A stretch of 64,000 nucleotides of DNA from a virus. Position numbers and translations under genes: made by a program. Shown here piece by piece: positions 36,401 through 46,393 of this stretch. The stretch spans positions 1-64,000 of the IMG/VR virus record IMGVR_UViG_3300028844_005393; one strand, given 5' to 3'. Below the pieces are notes generated by a model. It worked only from the letters and a program-made list of their open reading frames with translations. It was not told the origin of the DNA and ran no database searches. The stretch's first letter is position 1. The number at the start of each line of letters is the position of its first letter.

Positions 36401-39400
36401 CGTAACAATTTATTCTGATAGTGCAAAGAAAATAAGAAAAAACAAAGATGGTAAGGACGAATATTATTATGATCCATTATATACTCTTGCTGAAATTGGA
36501 GCACATGATACTCTCAACGGAGAAATTGTACGACTTTCGTTTGGATTATCTCATCAATCGGTTATTGATGATAGTCAATCTGATAAATTTAGAAATGATT
36601 TACATTCTGTTGATTTTAGATATGAAGGAAGTGTTGAAGGAGAACACTATACAATAAGTGAACTTAGAACAAGGCGATTTAGTAAAAACAATGGATTCTA
36701 TCCAATTATACAATCAGACCGTTCGTGGGATTTTGGAATATATAAGAATGAAAATTTTCGTGATAACTATGGAAAGTTTTATATAAATTTTTACAACACA
36801 GATGGTGTAATTTTATGTCCAGAGAAAAACTCAAATCCTATATACTTTGATAAAGATATTGAGTATGACATCTTGATTAATTGTCGGACATCTAACATTG
36901 AAACGGACAGTAAAATATCAATTCATGTAAAAAGAGTATATGATTCTGAAGAAATATTTACAACAGAGATTGATATATTAGTATCAGAGTTTACTTCTTT
37001 ACGTGTTTTTAAAACCAAAAACTTATATTTCGGAAACTATGAATCAGTTAATAAGTTCCGTGGAACACTTGACAAACTTAGAATATATTCGGATGAAGTT
37101 TCCGAAAGGCGATTTTTAAGTCACATAAATAACAACCAAGGATACGACTTGGATGATTATTTAAAACTAGAAAATTCATTACACGTAAAGGTAAATTTTG
37201 ATCACCCATATTCATTGGTAAATGATACAAAACATACTACTTTCAAATCTGCATTAATTGGTTCGGGTGTAGATAAAACTGGTAAAGGAGAATATTCAGG
37301 ACAAATAGACTCCGAGGGTTTACGAGATTATACAGAAGGTTCTCGTGTAATAATAACATTTGAAAAAGACAATAAAGAAGAAGCAATAGAAACTGTAATA
37401 AACTCAAATACAGGAGTATTGCGTTTTAATTTACAAAAAGACTACAACATTGAGTTAATAAATAAACCAAGCATACGGTTATCATCAACCACTAATTCAA
37501 TAAAGAACTATGCACTTGCTGATAATGCCCAAGATATAACGGCATATAACTTTAACAAAACAGAGTATCCATATAACTTTGTTGGAAAAAATAGAACAGA
37601 AATAAGCAATTTACCCTCAATGGGGGCAAAGTCTTTTAACAACAATAAAATAAGAATTGAAACTCAAACAAAAGTGTCTCAATTAAGTCCTATTGCAAGG
37701 GCAACTAAAAAGTCTAAAGATAGGCATCCTGTTGATTCAAATAATTTAGGTGTGTACTTTAGTCCAACTGATATTGTAAATCAAGAAATAATAAGATTTT
37801 TTGGACAAATAAATATGGGTGATTTTATCGGAGACCCACAAGAAACATACTCACATTATTACAAAAAGTTTGAAGGTTTGCGGCGTGTATTTTTTAAACA
37901 CGGATTTGGAAAACTTGATATACAAAACTACTTTAATCTAATTAAGTCTTATATAGATCCTTCCTTGTTTGAAAACTTGGAAAAAATAGTTCCAGCAAGA
38001 GCAAATTTAATTTCTGGATTATTGGTAGAACCATCTTTACTTGAAAGAAACAAAATAATTCCACCACGGATACAGTCGGGAACATGGATTGATTTGGAAG
38101 AAAATGATGTTTCTGATAAAAAGAAAATACAAGAAATACTAAATATAGATTTTAAGATTGGCAACGGCCGAAACAACATATCTACATTTGGAAACGAACG
38201 GTTGTATATCAAAAACAAAAATACAGATTACAAACTCACACATGAATCTAAAATAAAAGTATTTGATAATGAATCGGATTCTACATACAACTACAACTAT
38301 AGTGGAAGTTTAATCGGAGAGGACATTAAAGATTATACTCGTGATTTATTTACAATAAATGGATTAACTGAGTATAAAGGAAAGTTGTGTCGTGTTGAAG
38401 AACTAAACGAAGAAAAAGAAATCGGAATTCAATACAGTGGCAAGTTAGTGAACTATGATATTTTCTTAAATGATGGAATTCAACTCATGGGACTCAAGTT
38501 TGGACTTGAATCAGCAAATGGGGTTTATGAATTTATATTTAAAGGAAACTCGGGTTTACCTGTATTTGCAAACCAAAACAGAAAGTGGTGGGTATTTTAT
38601 TCATCACATAAAAATAGATGGATACTTGCATCAGACAATACGGTGGATGGAGGAAAGTATTTAGCACTGAATCGTAATAAAAAGTTTGAAAACTATACTT
38701 GGTTGGGTGGTAACAGAATAATAGACAGTAATACAAACTCACCCGAGTGGTTTAGCACCGGGTTCAATAATTCAATAGAGTCGGATAATTTACCAAATGA
38801 AAAAGCAGATTATTTTGGAAGAGTAAACTTTGTATCAAAGTATAATAGATTTATAGATTGCGATGCTTATTTACAAGGTTGGGTAAACGCGGAATTGTAT
38901 GGAATATATGATGGAGAGTTAATAGAAAGAGTTTTTGTTGACTCCAATACATTTGAAAATATTAAGAAACCAAAACAAGAATATATATTCTCGGGTGAAA
39001 AGAAGTATGTCTATTTCAACGGAAACTTCAGAGGAAAACTTCAAAACGGATGGGTGGGAAGTAAACAAATACAACAAGAAAATTCAAATAAGATAATAAG
39101 AATAATAGGATTTTTTGATGGAAAAAATCACGACTCATGTGAAAAACCATATTATACATCGGGTGAAATCAACTCACTTGTCAGTTTTGATAACCGTGAC
39201 AAGTTGGTATTTGATTATAGAAATTTTGATAGCAATAATGTTAGGTATACTAAAAAGAATTTCAAGAACTTTAATTTAGTAAAAGTTCCCAATAAAATAA
39301 ACTTTGATAACAAATTTGATTTCAAATTCGTATCTGATTTTAATATTAAGAACCAAGGAATTTCAGATTTAGTTGATCTAGCAAGTGGTGAGTTAAATAA

Positions 39401-42400
39401 AGATTACACAATAGAAACAACTGATATTTTTTATTCACCTTCATTATACAAGATTTCCACAAAATATAATTTAAATCTGAGAACAAATTCTATATTAGAT
39501 GTAAAATTTATAGCAAAGAAAATAAGTTATAGAATCAAAAACTCTGATGTTATTTTAAAGTTAAAAAATTCTACCTTAAAATTTAATTTTACAAATAATG
39601 AATTTAACGGAAATGAAATAATAAGTCGTGGAGAAGACTTTCAAGTAGGATCAATCTACAACCAAGCAGGAGAAAAACTTAGAGGAAATGCAAAAGAACT
39701 TATTGCAGATGTAAAGAAAAGCATCAATTACAAAGTGCACACAGAAACCGCAACTCAGGCAGATAAAGTAATTGAAAATGAAAACGATTTTTGCTTGGTA
39801 GTTGCAGGTGATTCTCTTGACAATTTTAATTTCATATTCATGGTTGTGCTTGGAAAGAAAGTAGAATTCCAAACAAGCATGGATAATCAAAACTTTTTTA
39901 ATAACACTTATATCAAAAAAGTTGAAAAGCAAACGTCACATGAACCAACTCCAATGCACATAAATAAAATACCGCAGTTCGTTAGAAAAATAGAATTCAT
40001 AGAAAGTGGGTTGGGTTATATAGGTGATGAAATTGTAGAAGTATATGGTAAACGACCATTGAATTGGAAATCTTCATGGCCACAAAAGTTAAAAGCAGAT
40101 AGTTTATTTAATATAGACAGAGATACGGGAGAAATTAAAGGAGTTAAATTTGATAACTTCTTAATATCTGGACTTAACTGGATTACAGATGAAACTATAT
40201 CATATATTGATACACCTTTAATTAAAATAGAAAAACCAATTAAATCAGAACGTTTTACGAAAAGAGAACCTGCTGAACTTAGAATTGTGACAGGCGAACC
40301 AACACCACAAGTTTCTGCAAAAGTAACATTACAAAATTTTGTTAATTTAGAACTTGGTGATACAATAGGTAAGTCATTAAGATCAGCAAATATGTTCTTT
40401 GAAGGAAGTGAATTGATAAGATACGACACAGGACTAATTCATACTAAGAAAACAAACATCCAAACATCGGAGAAACGTTCTAGTAGAAGATTGAATTCCA
40501 CAGAAGTTATTGTATTTTCAAACGAATCAATTTTGAATTTTGAAATGTATTTAGATAGCAAGATACGAGATATTATGCGGATGGATATATGTGGAAATGA
40601 AACACCAATTACATCCGACACATATGATATTCAAATTAACAACTATATAAATGAAGATGATGACGAAGTAGATTATGATATTTCATATGTAAAAAATCGT
40701 GAGGTAGTAAATAATTTCTTTGTTATATTAAATGAGCTGGAAGCAAAAGACCACGAGAAACAAATTGATGATGAACAATATATCAACAAAATATCTAAAA
40801 TAAATGAAAATAGATTTTCAAGTGGCTACATAAGAATAAATGGTTTTAATACAAACCAATCAACTGCAAACGGAATTTATAGATTTAGAAATGATATATC
40901 GTATTGCGATAAGTTTGGTAGTAATAATGTACCAATTCCAACTTACACAAACGAAAATAAAGAGTGGATTATTACTTATGATGAAGATATTAAAAAGTGG
41001 AAATTAAGAAACATAAAAACATTTGACTTTATTGTATCTAAAACAAAATTTATTGAAGACGGATTTCTTGCAAGTGAAAGTAACAACCAAGGTTTTTATA
41101 CAGGTCGGGAAGTTATATTAAAACCAGAGTTTAAAGTTGATCGCAATGGAATAGTTTTTGATGAAGATGAAAATATCATTGGAAACACATTCCAAGAAGC
41201 AAATGTAAATGTAAGCAATAGGTTCAAGATAGTTCCAAACAAATTATTATTTAAACTCAATAAAGAAAACTTTAATAATTTTTTAATGTGGAAAGTTCAA
41301 ATTACATCCAAGACAAATAAAAAATTTGTGTTTGAGATGCCAATTGTGTACATAAACTCAGATTCAAACGATGAGTTATTTTTAACAAAGTATAATAATT
41401 TAGAGGATAAATTAAAACAACTCAGTGTTACACAATTTCAAGAAACGAGTGAGTGTAGTTTAAATTTTCAAAATGCTATATCATGGAAAATAAAGTTATA
41501 TAATGAAAATAAAGGTGAGTTCTCTGCTACAAAGAAAATAAAAACACAAGGAGTCACTTATTTAAACTCAACTTGCTTTTCAAAGATAATAGATACTGAT
41601 GCGGAAGGAAGGTATTCGTATGTTGCTGATAAAATTATTAATGACAAAAGTACATTACTGGAATATTCAGAGTATCACAAACAATGGAAACTAAAAACCA
41701 TAGACAGAAGTGTTACGTTGTCTATGAATAAAAAATACCCAAAATGTGGTGTTTACAAAACAACTACCAAAAACATATACGGAATTTGTGAATACGAAAA
41801 AGCAGATGATTCAGGAAACCTAGCAATAAGATTTAGAAACTTTGATGAAGAATATGAAAACGCAAATGGTTTATATTTTTCATATGGTTATCTTGAGACT
41901 GGTGAACATTTATTTAGAAATGAAAACTCAAATTGGTTATTTTATACAACAGATGGTGGAAATACTTGGGATGTTAGGGATGATAGAAACTATCCATCAT
42001 TTAAGATTGAAATGTATAGTGAAATTGAACAAGTGGGTGTGTACACAGATAGTACAGAAAATATTAAAGTATTTCTTAACTTTGAAGTTGATTTTGAGTT
42101 TGAAAATAAAAGAGATTTTCTAGATGTAGACAAAGATACATTGGCACTAAAAAGTAATTTAAATAAAATATTAGTGTACAATAAAACAGGATATGAAAAA
42201 GATGTTTCTAATGACATGAACCTTGATGTAAGAATTGATATAGTTAATGCAAAAAAGAAATCAGAATATTGGTCATCAATTCCGTGTAAAAATCAAAAAA
42301 ACATAAATGATCTTTATATGCACAATAATCTGTTTCTAAAAACTACAAATGAAATTTTTGTTGATGAAGATGGAAACGATAACTTCCAAATAGAATTAAA

Positions 42401-44768
42401 TGTAAATAAGACCAAGAATGTGTTAGATGAATATAAACATTTTAAAACTAATTTATCAAACATAGAAGAAACAAAAACAATAGATGTGGGTGAACTTTAT
42501 TCAAATAAATTCAGTACATCCATAAAATACAAAGTTGGTGATATAGTATTTTTAAATGAAATGATGTGGGAATGTAAAAAAGATATTCCTGAAAACAGAA
42601 GTGTAATTCCTGGAATAGATTTTGATACGGGTAATCATTGGAAAATTATTAGTAAAAATTTCACAGAGTTACACATCACCACTGAAATCCAAATAGAAAA
42701 GAAAAAGTATCGTGATATAACTAAAATTAACAACCATGATTTTCATTATACAAAAGAATTTGTTAAATTATTTAAATCAAAAAATCAGTTGGAAAGTGGT
42801 ATAGATGAAGATTTTGAATCAAGTATATTTAAAAGATACAAAACTGATAAGAAGTATATGCCTTTTGATTTGGGCAATATAGGAAAGCACAAAGATATAA
42901 TACCTCATGGTAGGGTAAAAACACACACATACAATACCTATACAAGAAATATGGGTGTGTCTGATAACACAACCGATACAACAATTGATAAAAGTGGATA
43001 TTTGTGTGGAAAACCAACTATTGTAAGAACATACAAAAAGAACGAAGATAGGAAAGAGGAATATAGAAAAGATTCTTTTTGGTTTAACCAAGACAAAAAA
43101 CACACACGAACAAGTGAACCTCAAAACTTGTACGAAAAACCAGAACAAGAACCAATTATTTCTTTTAGATTTGAGAAGTTTGATGTACTGAAAAATATAT
43201 CACTTGTGGTAAGTGGGTTTACAACCGACCAAACCAAAGATTCAAATGGAAAATACGAGCAAATAAATAGTTCGTACAATGATACAAATGTATATAAAAA
43301 CGATAAAGGATACATCATATACAAAACAAATCAATGTTGGATTTTGATAAAATCAAATAAACCAATGGAACTTTCTGAACTTATAGATTCAAATTCAGAT
43401 TACACTACAAGTGAATCAAAGAAAATAGACGGTGAGTTGAATGGAAATTTTGGAAGTAGTGCAAATTTCACAAATCAGGTTGGGTTTGTAGAAATCTTAA
43501 CGGATGAAATAATAGAAAAAACCCCAACTCCAACACCGGAAGTAACACCCACCCCAACTCAAACTCCGACTCCGAGTTTATTGGATGATGAATCACCCGA
43601 TGATCCAATTGCAAAGACAACACCTACACCCACACAAACAACCACACCTACACAAACTCCAAAAGAAAAAACACCGACACCTGTGAGTAAAGAAGAAGAA
43701 AAATTATTTTTATATGAATTTAATGACCTTGCAATAACTTCAAAAAAATATGATTTATCCAAAAATCCAGAAGAAGTGGAAAAAGAAATAAAAGAAGATT
43801 TAGATAATAACAAAATAATTGTATCTGGTATAATGACAGTTGAAGAACTGTCGGAACGGGAAAGTGTTCTTACAAAAATACCAACTTCAATAGAAAACTT
43901 TGGGGTAACGGTTGCGAGTTATTCAAAAATGATAGATAATGACTTAATAACAACAGATAATGTTACAAAGTATGGTTGGACATCAACTGGTACGGTTTTA
44001 AAAGGAAAATTTAGATCATTTTATGTTTCAAGGAATAAAGCAGGAAGAACCCATAAATACGATAATCAAAATATATTTGCAGAATATGGTTATTATATAA
44101 AAAGTTGGTTTGGCCCACGCCCTGTTGTGGTAAAGTTGTTAAACCAAACAGCCGCAGTAACTGACCTAGAAGCAACAAGTGGGTTATCTGAAGGTGTTAA
44201 GCTAACATGGAAACCATCCTATAATGCCGTATACATTAGAATAGAATATAAAAATAAAAGTTCAAGTGAATGGAAAGTGTTAGAGGATAAAATTTCTCAA
44301 ATCAGAGCAACGGGTGGATACGTTGACTCAGATATAAACTTAGATGAAGAACGAACATATCGTGTAATTTCCGTGGGGTTGTCCGGTAAAGAGACTATAT
44401 CAGAAGAAGTTACTGGTTGGAAATTGGGAATACCAGCTTCTCCTGAATACGTAAATGCTTCTTATGATAAATTCGCAGATAAAATTGAATTATCATGGGA
44501 TGCGTCTGGATTAAACTCTCAGTTTAATAAGACAGATAATTATACAATTTTAAGATCAGAAACAAATGAATTTGAAGACTTCTCTACATATCAAGTTATA
44601 GCAACAGAGGTAACCAACTCAAATTATGTAGATGTTTTTAGTTTTACACCAAATAAAATCTTTTGGTATGTAGTTGTAGCAAACAACGAAAAAACAAAAA
44701 TGATGACGTCAGAAGAATACAATAAAAAGAAGAACTGGTCAAAGTCAGCTGCCGGAAAAACAAAATAA
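33411..44768 (+). CDS. Giant (3785 aa) baseplate wedge/adhesin protein, gp7-like core with many inserted domains
   Basis: WRRILNNLPYILKTTGT..IRALF..YG wedge motif; LamG-like FRGTLDKLRIY; one SWKNFRE domain; NGxY modules; CBM5/12-like motif; PT linker; two FN3-like domains at the C-terminus. Confidence 0.7.
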   Translation: MTKILQHTFASSADNENNILRHISLSSDDFNKIKESESSGELFGVNSKDVIEFSAFTQSNELVGWKTIEQAPSYSTKNITHLNTSGELENKTISYLQSLYPKTKNGEVIISPKHELGLLGIEQGEYKIRISYKNDIVGSFDNPYKFEIKEISSSRTEIKAVAQSFKNSVNPNQVSLNFEYSNFINRRIVVAHILEKTKDLLLTKSFKDELETKEFSAKTSDYELYIEKTKKAFSLSELEILTELDSIYTNLKDTYTNFLYGSYNEVFTEGRFYTEFVNLVDYTLSTFSRFVQEDNKDIRLFYKFMLLQMYDESVITNVYKKRFDTYLNNGMNFGNGLYIPFLRYTSYTDDSLAENSNDVLLIKLLTPLEDNIEEGVNFYISQTPYSDDIIKSLVLRTIAEKSSNTFKLRGPNISTKLTSNSTKKYSLSDEEKTESLGRDETSAENFFKTTNTEIENLNIDYSDFKNFVKYSSARSRLDNFILKLTNISKLKFKINETIRNINKLDRDVAEGLVGANEAERSKEVLKNEDIKKYNESIIEIFKSFTPYDKFLYFDDNEAAWPRETSFQISGFVGKNNYLIKSANGFYKLHASRKYDIDKVFINEDNHSWQIRWDAIVSKWRLFNEDSDDYIYSNNSNLNSGFTASETNQSGFDSESSLFKLGTLEDDYTQGKAVFPPELIPTTVIDFQKTEGYNWYQIKAKEADLYDRYNDDSLRNSIPEFLVRTNENDEFTLFLDMIGEQFDILSVYAENMREVSYARNSLNKGIPNQLVWFVMNSFGVRLSGRTTDDSTIGKQFEENRDIVWRRILNNLPYILKTTGTENSIRALFRCYGIPDHLFKIREYGGINYNTDTEDSDANFKISTFDYSLQVDEPDQYLHIPIDLGETNTNSCAFEMKLTTHAEFFEQIQDTETFDELNSGTLPANTGTSVSISNLINSEDDYIINSTSPTFYSKHKDEVSFVPEKWKHTKSTMAISWKNFREGVSFSYPQVTAGKEASFVTIYSDSAKKIRKNKDGKDEYYYDPLYTLAEIGAHDTLNGEIVRLSFGLSHQSVIDDSQSDKFRNDLHSVDFRYEGSVEGEHYTISELRTRRFSKNNGFYPIIQSDRSWDFGIYKNENFRDNYGKFYINFYNTDGVILCPEKNSNPIYFDKDIEYDILINCRTSNIETDSKISIHVKRVYDSEEIFTTEIDILVSEFTSLRVFKTKNLYFGNYESVNKFRGTLDKLRIYSDEVSERRFLSHINNNQGYDLDDYLKLENSLHVKVNFDHPYSLVNDTKHTTFKSALIGSGVDKTGKGEYSGQIDSEGLRDYTEGSRVIITFEKDNKEEAIETVINSNTGVLRFNLQKDYNIELINKPSIRLSSTTNSIKNYALADNAQDITAYNFNKTEYPYNFVGKNRTEISNLPSMGAKSFNNNKIRIETQTKVSQLSPIARATKKSKDRHPVDSNNLGVYFSPTDIVNQEIIRFFGQINMGDFIGDPQETYSHYYKKFEGLRRVFFKHGFGKLDIQNYFNLIKSYIDPSLFENLEKIVPARANLISGLLVEPSLLERNKIIPPRIQSGTWIDLEENDVSDKKKIQEILNIDFKIGNGRNNISTFGNERLYIKNKNTDYKLTHESKIKVFDNESDSTYNYNYSGSLIGEDIKDYTRDLFTINGLTEYKGKLCRVEELNEEKEIGIQYSGKLVNYDIFLNDGIQLMGLKFGLESANGVYEFIFKGNSGLPVFANQNRKWWVFYSSHKNRWILASDNTVDGGKYLALNRNKKFENYTWLGGNRIIDSNTNSPEWFSTGFNNSIESDNLPNEKADYFGRVNFVSKYNRFIDCDAYLQGWVNAELYGIYDGELIERVFVDSNTFENIKKPKQEYIFSGEKKYVYFNGNFRGKLQNGWVGSKQIQQENSNKIIRIIGFFDGKNHDSCEKPYYTSGEINSLVSFDNRDKLVFDYRNFDSNNVRYTKKNFKNFNLVKVPNKINFDNKFDFKFVSDFNIKNQGISDLVDLASGELNKDYTIETTDIFYSPSLYKISTKYNLNLRTNSILDVKFIAKKISYRIKNSDVILKLKNSTLKFNFTNNEFNGNEIISRGEDFQVGSIYNQAGEKLRGNAKELIADVKKSINYKVHTETATQADKVIENENDFCLVVAGDSLDNFNFIFMVVLGKKVEFQTSMDNQNFFNNTYIKKVEKQTSHEPTPMHINKIPQFVRKIEFIESGLGYIGDEIVEVYGKRPLNWKSSWPQKLKADSLFNIDRDTGEIKGVKFDNFLISGLNWITDETISYIDTPLIKIEKPIKSERFTKREPAELRIVTGEPTPQVSAKVTLQNFVNLELGDTIGKSLRSANMFFEGSELIRYDTGLIHTKKTNIQTSEKRSSRRLNSTEVIVFSNESILNFEMYLDSKIRDIMRMDICGNETPITSDTYDIQINNYINEDDDEVDYDISYVKNREVVNNFFVILNELEAKDHEKQIDDEQYINKISKINENRFSSGYIRINGFNTNQSTANGIYRFRNDISYCDKFGSNNVPIPTYTNENKEWIITYDEDIKKWKLRNIKTFDFIVSKTKFIEDGFLASESNNQGFYTGREVILKPEFKVDRNGIVFDEDENIIGNTFQEANVNVSNRFKIVPNKLLFKLNKENFNNFLMWKVQITSKTNKKFVFEMPIVYINSDSNDELFLTKYNNLEDKLKQLSVTQFQETSECSLNFQNAISWKIKLYNENKGEFSATKKIKTQGVTYLNSTCFSKIIDTDAEGRYSYVADKIINDKSTLLEYSEYHKQWKLKTIDRSVTLSMNKKYPKCGVYKTTTKNIYGICEYEKADDSGNLAIRFRNFDEEYENANGLYFSYGYLETGEHLFRNENSNWLFYTTDGGNTWDVRDDRNYPSFKIEMYSEIEQVGVYTDSTENIKVFLNFEVDFEFENKRDFLDVDKDTLALKSNLNKILVYNKTGYEKDVSNDMNLDVRIDIVNAKKKSEYWSSIPCKNQKNINDLYMHNNLFLKTTNEIFVDEDGNDNFQIELNVNKTKNVLDEYKHFKTNLSNIEETKTIDVGELYSNKFSTSIKYKVGDIVFLNEMMWECKKDIPENRSVIPGIDFDTGNHWKIISKNFTELHITTEIQIEKKKYRDITKINNHDFHYTKEFVKLFKSKNQLESGIDEDFESSIFKRYKTDKKYMPFDLGNIGKHKDIIPHGRVKTHTYNTYTRNMGVSDNTTDTTIDKSGYLCGKPTIVRTYKKNEDRKEEYRKDSFWFNQDKKHTRTSEPQNLYEKPEQEPIISFRFEKFDVLKNISLVVSGFTTDQTKDSNGKYEQINSSYNDTNVYKNDKGYIIYKTNQCWILIKSNKPMELSELIDSNSDYTTSESKKIDGELNGNFGSSANFTNQVGFVEILTDEIIEKTPTPTPEVTPTPTQTPTPSLLDDESPDDPIAKTTPTPTQTTTPTQTPKEKTPTPVSKEEEKLFLYEFNDLAITSKKYDLSKNPEEVEKEIKEDLDNNKIIVSGIMTVEELSERESVLTKIPTSIENFGVTVASYSKMIDNDLITTDNVTKYGWTSTGTVLKGKFRSFYVSRNKAGRTHKYDNQNIFAEYGYYIKSWFGPRPVVVKLLNQTAAVTDLEATSGLSEGVKLTWKPSYNAVYIRIEYKNKSSSEWKVLEDKISQIRATGGYVDSDINLDEERTYRVISVGLSGKETISEEVTGWKLGIPASPEYVNASYDKFADKIELSWDASGLNSQFNKTDNYTILRSETNEFEDFSTYQVIATEVTNSNYVDVFSFTPNKIFWYVVVANNEKTKMMTSEEYNKKKNWSKSAAGKTK

Positions 44769-45665
44769 ATGAATTCATTACACAAATTATATTCAGAAGA
44801 TACAACTAAAGTAAATGCAGTTTTGTATAATGGCAAGTTGATAAGTGCGGGTCCTGGTCGTGGATTCAAAACTGCAATTGAATTTAGTAACGATTCCTAT
44901 TCATCTGATAGTTCAAAATCATTTGCTGATATTAATTGTGACTCATTCACAACAAACGAATTATCAATTGCATTTTGGATACACCCCAAAAATGAAAGTT
45001 ATCGTGATGCACCCATTTTTATGAATGAGCATAACGATAAAACAACTGGAATATTTTACAATTGCGGATCAACCTCCGAAGGTCATCTTGGAATATGTTG
45101 GGATGACGATAAAAACACCACTCCACAGAAATTAGGAATAAATATAACCGATGTGGGGTGGGTTCATTTTGCTTTTATATTTGAAAAAACTGGTATGGTA
45201 AAAGTATTCGGAAATGGTAAATATCTGCAAAAAGTTGATATGGGTCGTGGTTTTGAAAAAGTAAATTTTTCTAATATGAGAATTGGTGGATTTACGGGGT
45301 GGTTAGATGACTTTAAAGTATATCATTATCCACTAAAATACGGAAATGTTAATTTGAATGAAAATGCAACTCAAAACATTGCTTATATTTTTAATACAAG
45401 CAGAAAAACAGGAGAATTTTCTATTCCGGTTGACATTGATGCAAAAGAAAAAAATGAACCTTTTTATTATCTACAAGACGAAGAATATGTAAAATCACAT
45501 CAAAGTTACAATCTAGAAACTCAAAATAATCAAGATTACTATAACGATGAATCACGGCATCCAATCATAGGTGGAGTAAATGATGGTAAGTTACAACTTG
45601 CTGATGGTGATTTTAGAACTTTTTTGGGAAAGATTTATGCCGAACCACTTGAAGAAGATAAATAA
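44769..45665 (+). CDS. LamG/concanavalin A-like lectin-fold virion protein
   Basis: SIAFWIHP, WVHFAFIF, VFGNG, IGG.F.GWLDDFKVY. Confidence 0.8.
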   Translation: MNSLHKLYSEDTTKVNAVLYNGKLISAGPGRGFKTAIEFSNDSYSSDSSKSFADINCDSFTTNELSIAFWIHPKNESYRDAPIFMNEHNDKTTGIFYNCGSTSEGHLGICWDDDKNTTPQKLGINITDVGWVHFAFIFEKTGMVKVFGNGKYLQKVDMGRGFEKVNFSNMRIGGFTGWLDDFKVYHYPLKYGNVNLNENATQNIAYIFNTSRKTGEFSIPVDIDAKEKNEPFYYLQDEEYVKSHQSYNLETQNNQDYYNDESRHPIIGGVNDGKLQLADGDFRTFLGKIYAEPLEEDK

Positions 45666-45721
45666 AAAATCTTATATATAAATATTTATATGAAATAATT
45701 TTAAATTAAATATATATTAGT

Positions 45722-46393
45722 ATGGGTTATTTAAATAATGAGACTATTACCGTTCATGCGGTACTCACTCGCAAAGGAAGAGAACTTCTTGCGTCGGAGA
45801 ATGGATTGAATATAACAAGTTTTGCACTGGCAGATGATGAAGTTGATTATACATTGTATGATCCAAACCATCCCGAGGGATCACAATACTATGATTCTGC
45901 ATTAAGAAACATACCAGTTTTTGAACCACTTACAGACGAAACCCAATGTTTGAAATATAAATTAGTAACACTTCCACCTGGAACCGAGTACATTCCAACT
46001 ATAAAACTTGGTCAGCAAAATATAATTGTTGATAAAACATACAATGGTGTTATTAACATCACACCTACCACAGAACCTGTGTATAATACAACACTTGGTT
46101 ATACCGCAGTGTTATCAAATAGAAATGTTGGAACATTGACCGGAACTGGATTAGATGTAGAGTCATCACAAACTGCTTCTATATTTTTAGGTGACACTTC
46201 AAGTGAAATGGCAACTACTGAAGTTGGATTTTCATTTACATTTAAACCAAACAAAAGCATCACCGCAGATCAAAGAGCAACACTTACAATCATTGGAAAT
46301 GAAAGTGGTGGTTCTACATCAATACCTGTGGTAGTCACCGTGGTTTCGTCAACAGAAACTTCGGAACAGGGAACTATTAATACTTTCTTATGA
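45722..46393 (+). CDS. Tail/baseplate-associated structural protein
   Basis: AVLTRKGRELLA..ITSFALADDEVDY resembles tail-fibre/collar attachment N-domains; Ig-like C-terminus. Confidence 0.6.
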   Translation: MGYLNNETITVHAVLTRKGRELLASENGLNITSFALADDEVDYTLYDPNHPEGSQYYDSALRNIPVFEPLTDETQCLKYKLVTLPPGTEYIPTIKLGQQNIIVDKTYNGVINITPTTEPVYNTTLGYTAVLSNRNVGTLTGTGLDVESSQTASIFLGDTSSEMATTEVGFSFTFKPNKSITADQRATLTIIGNESGGSTSIPVVVTVVSSTETSEQGTINTFL

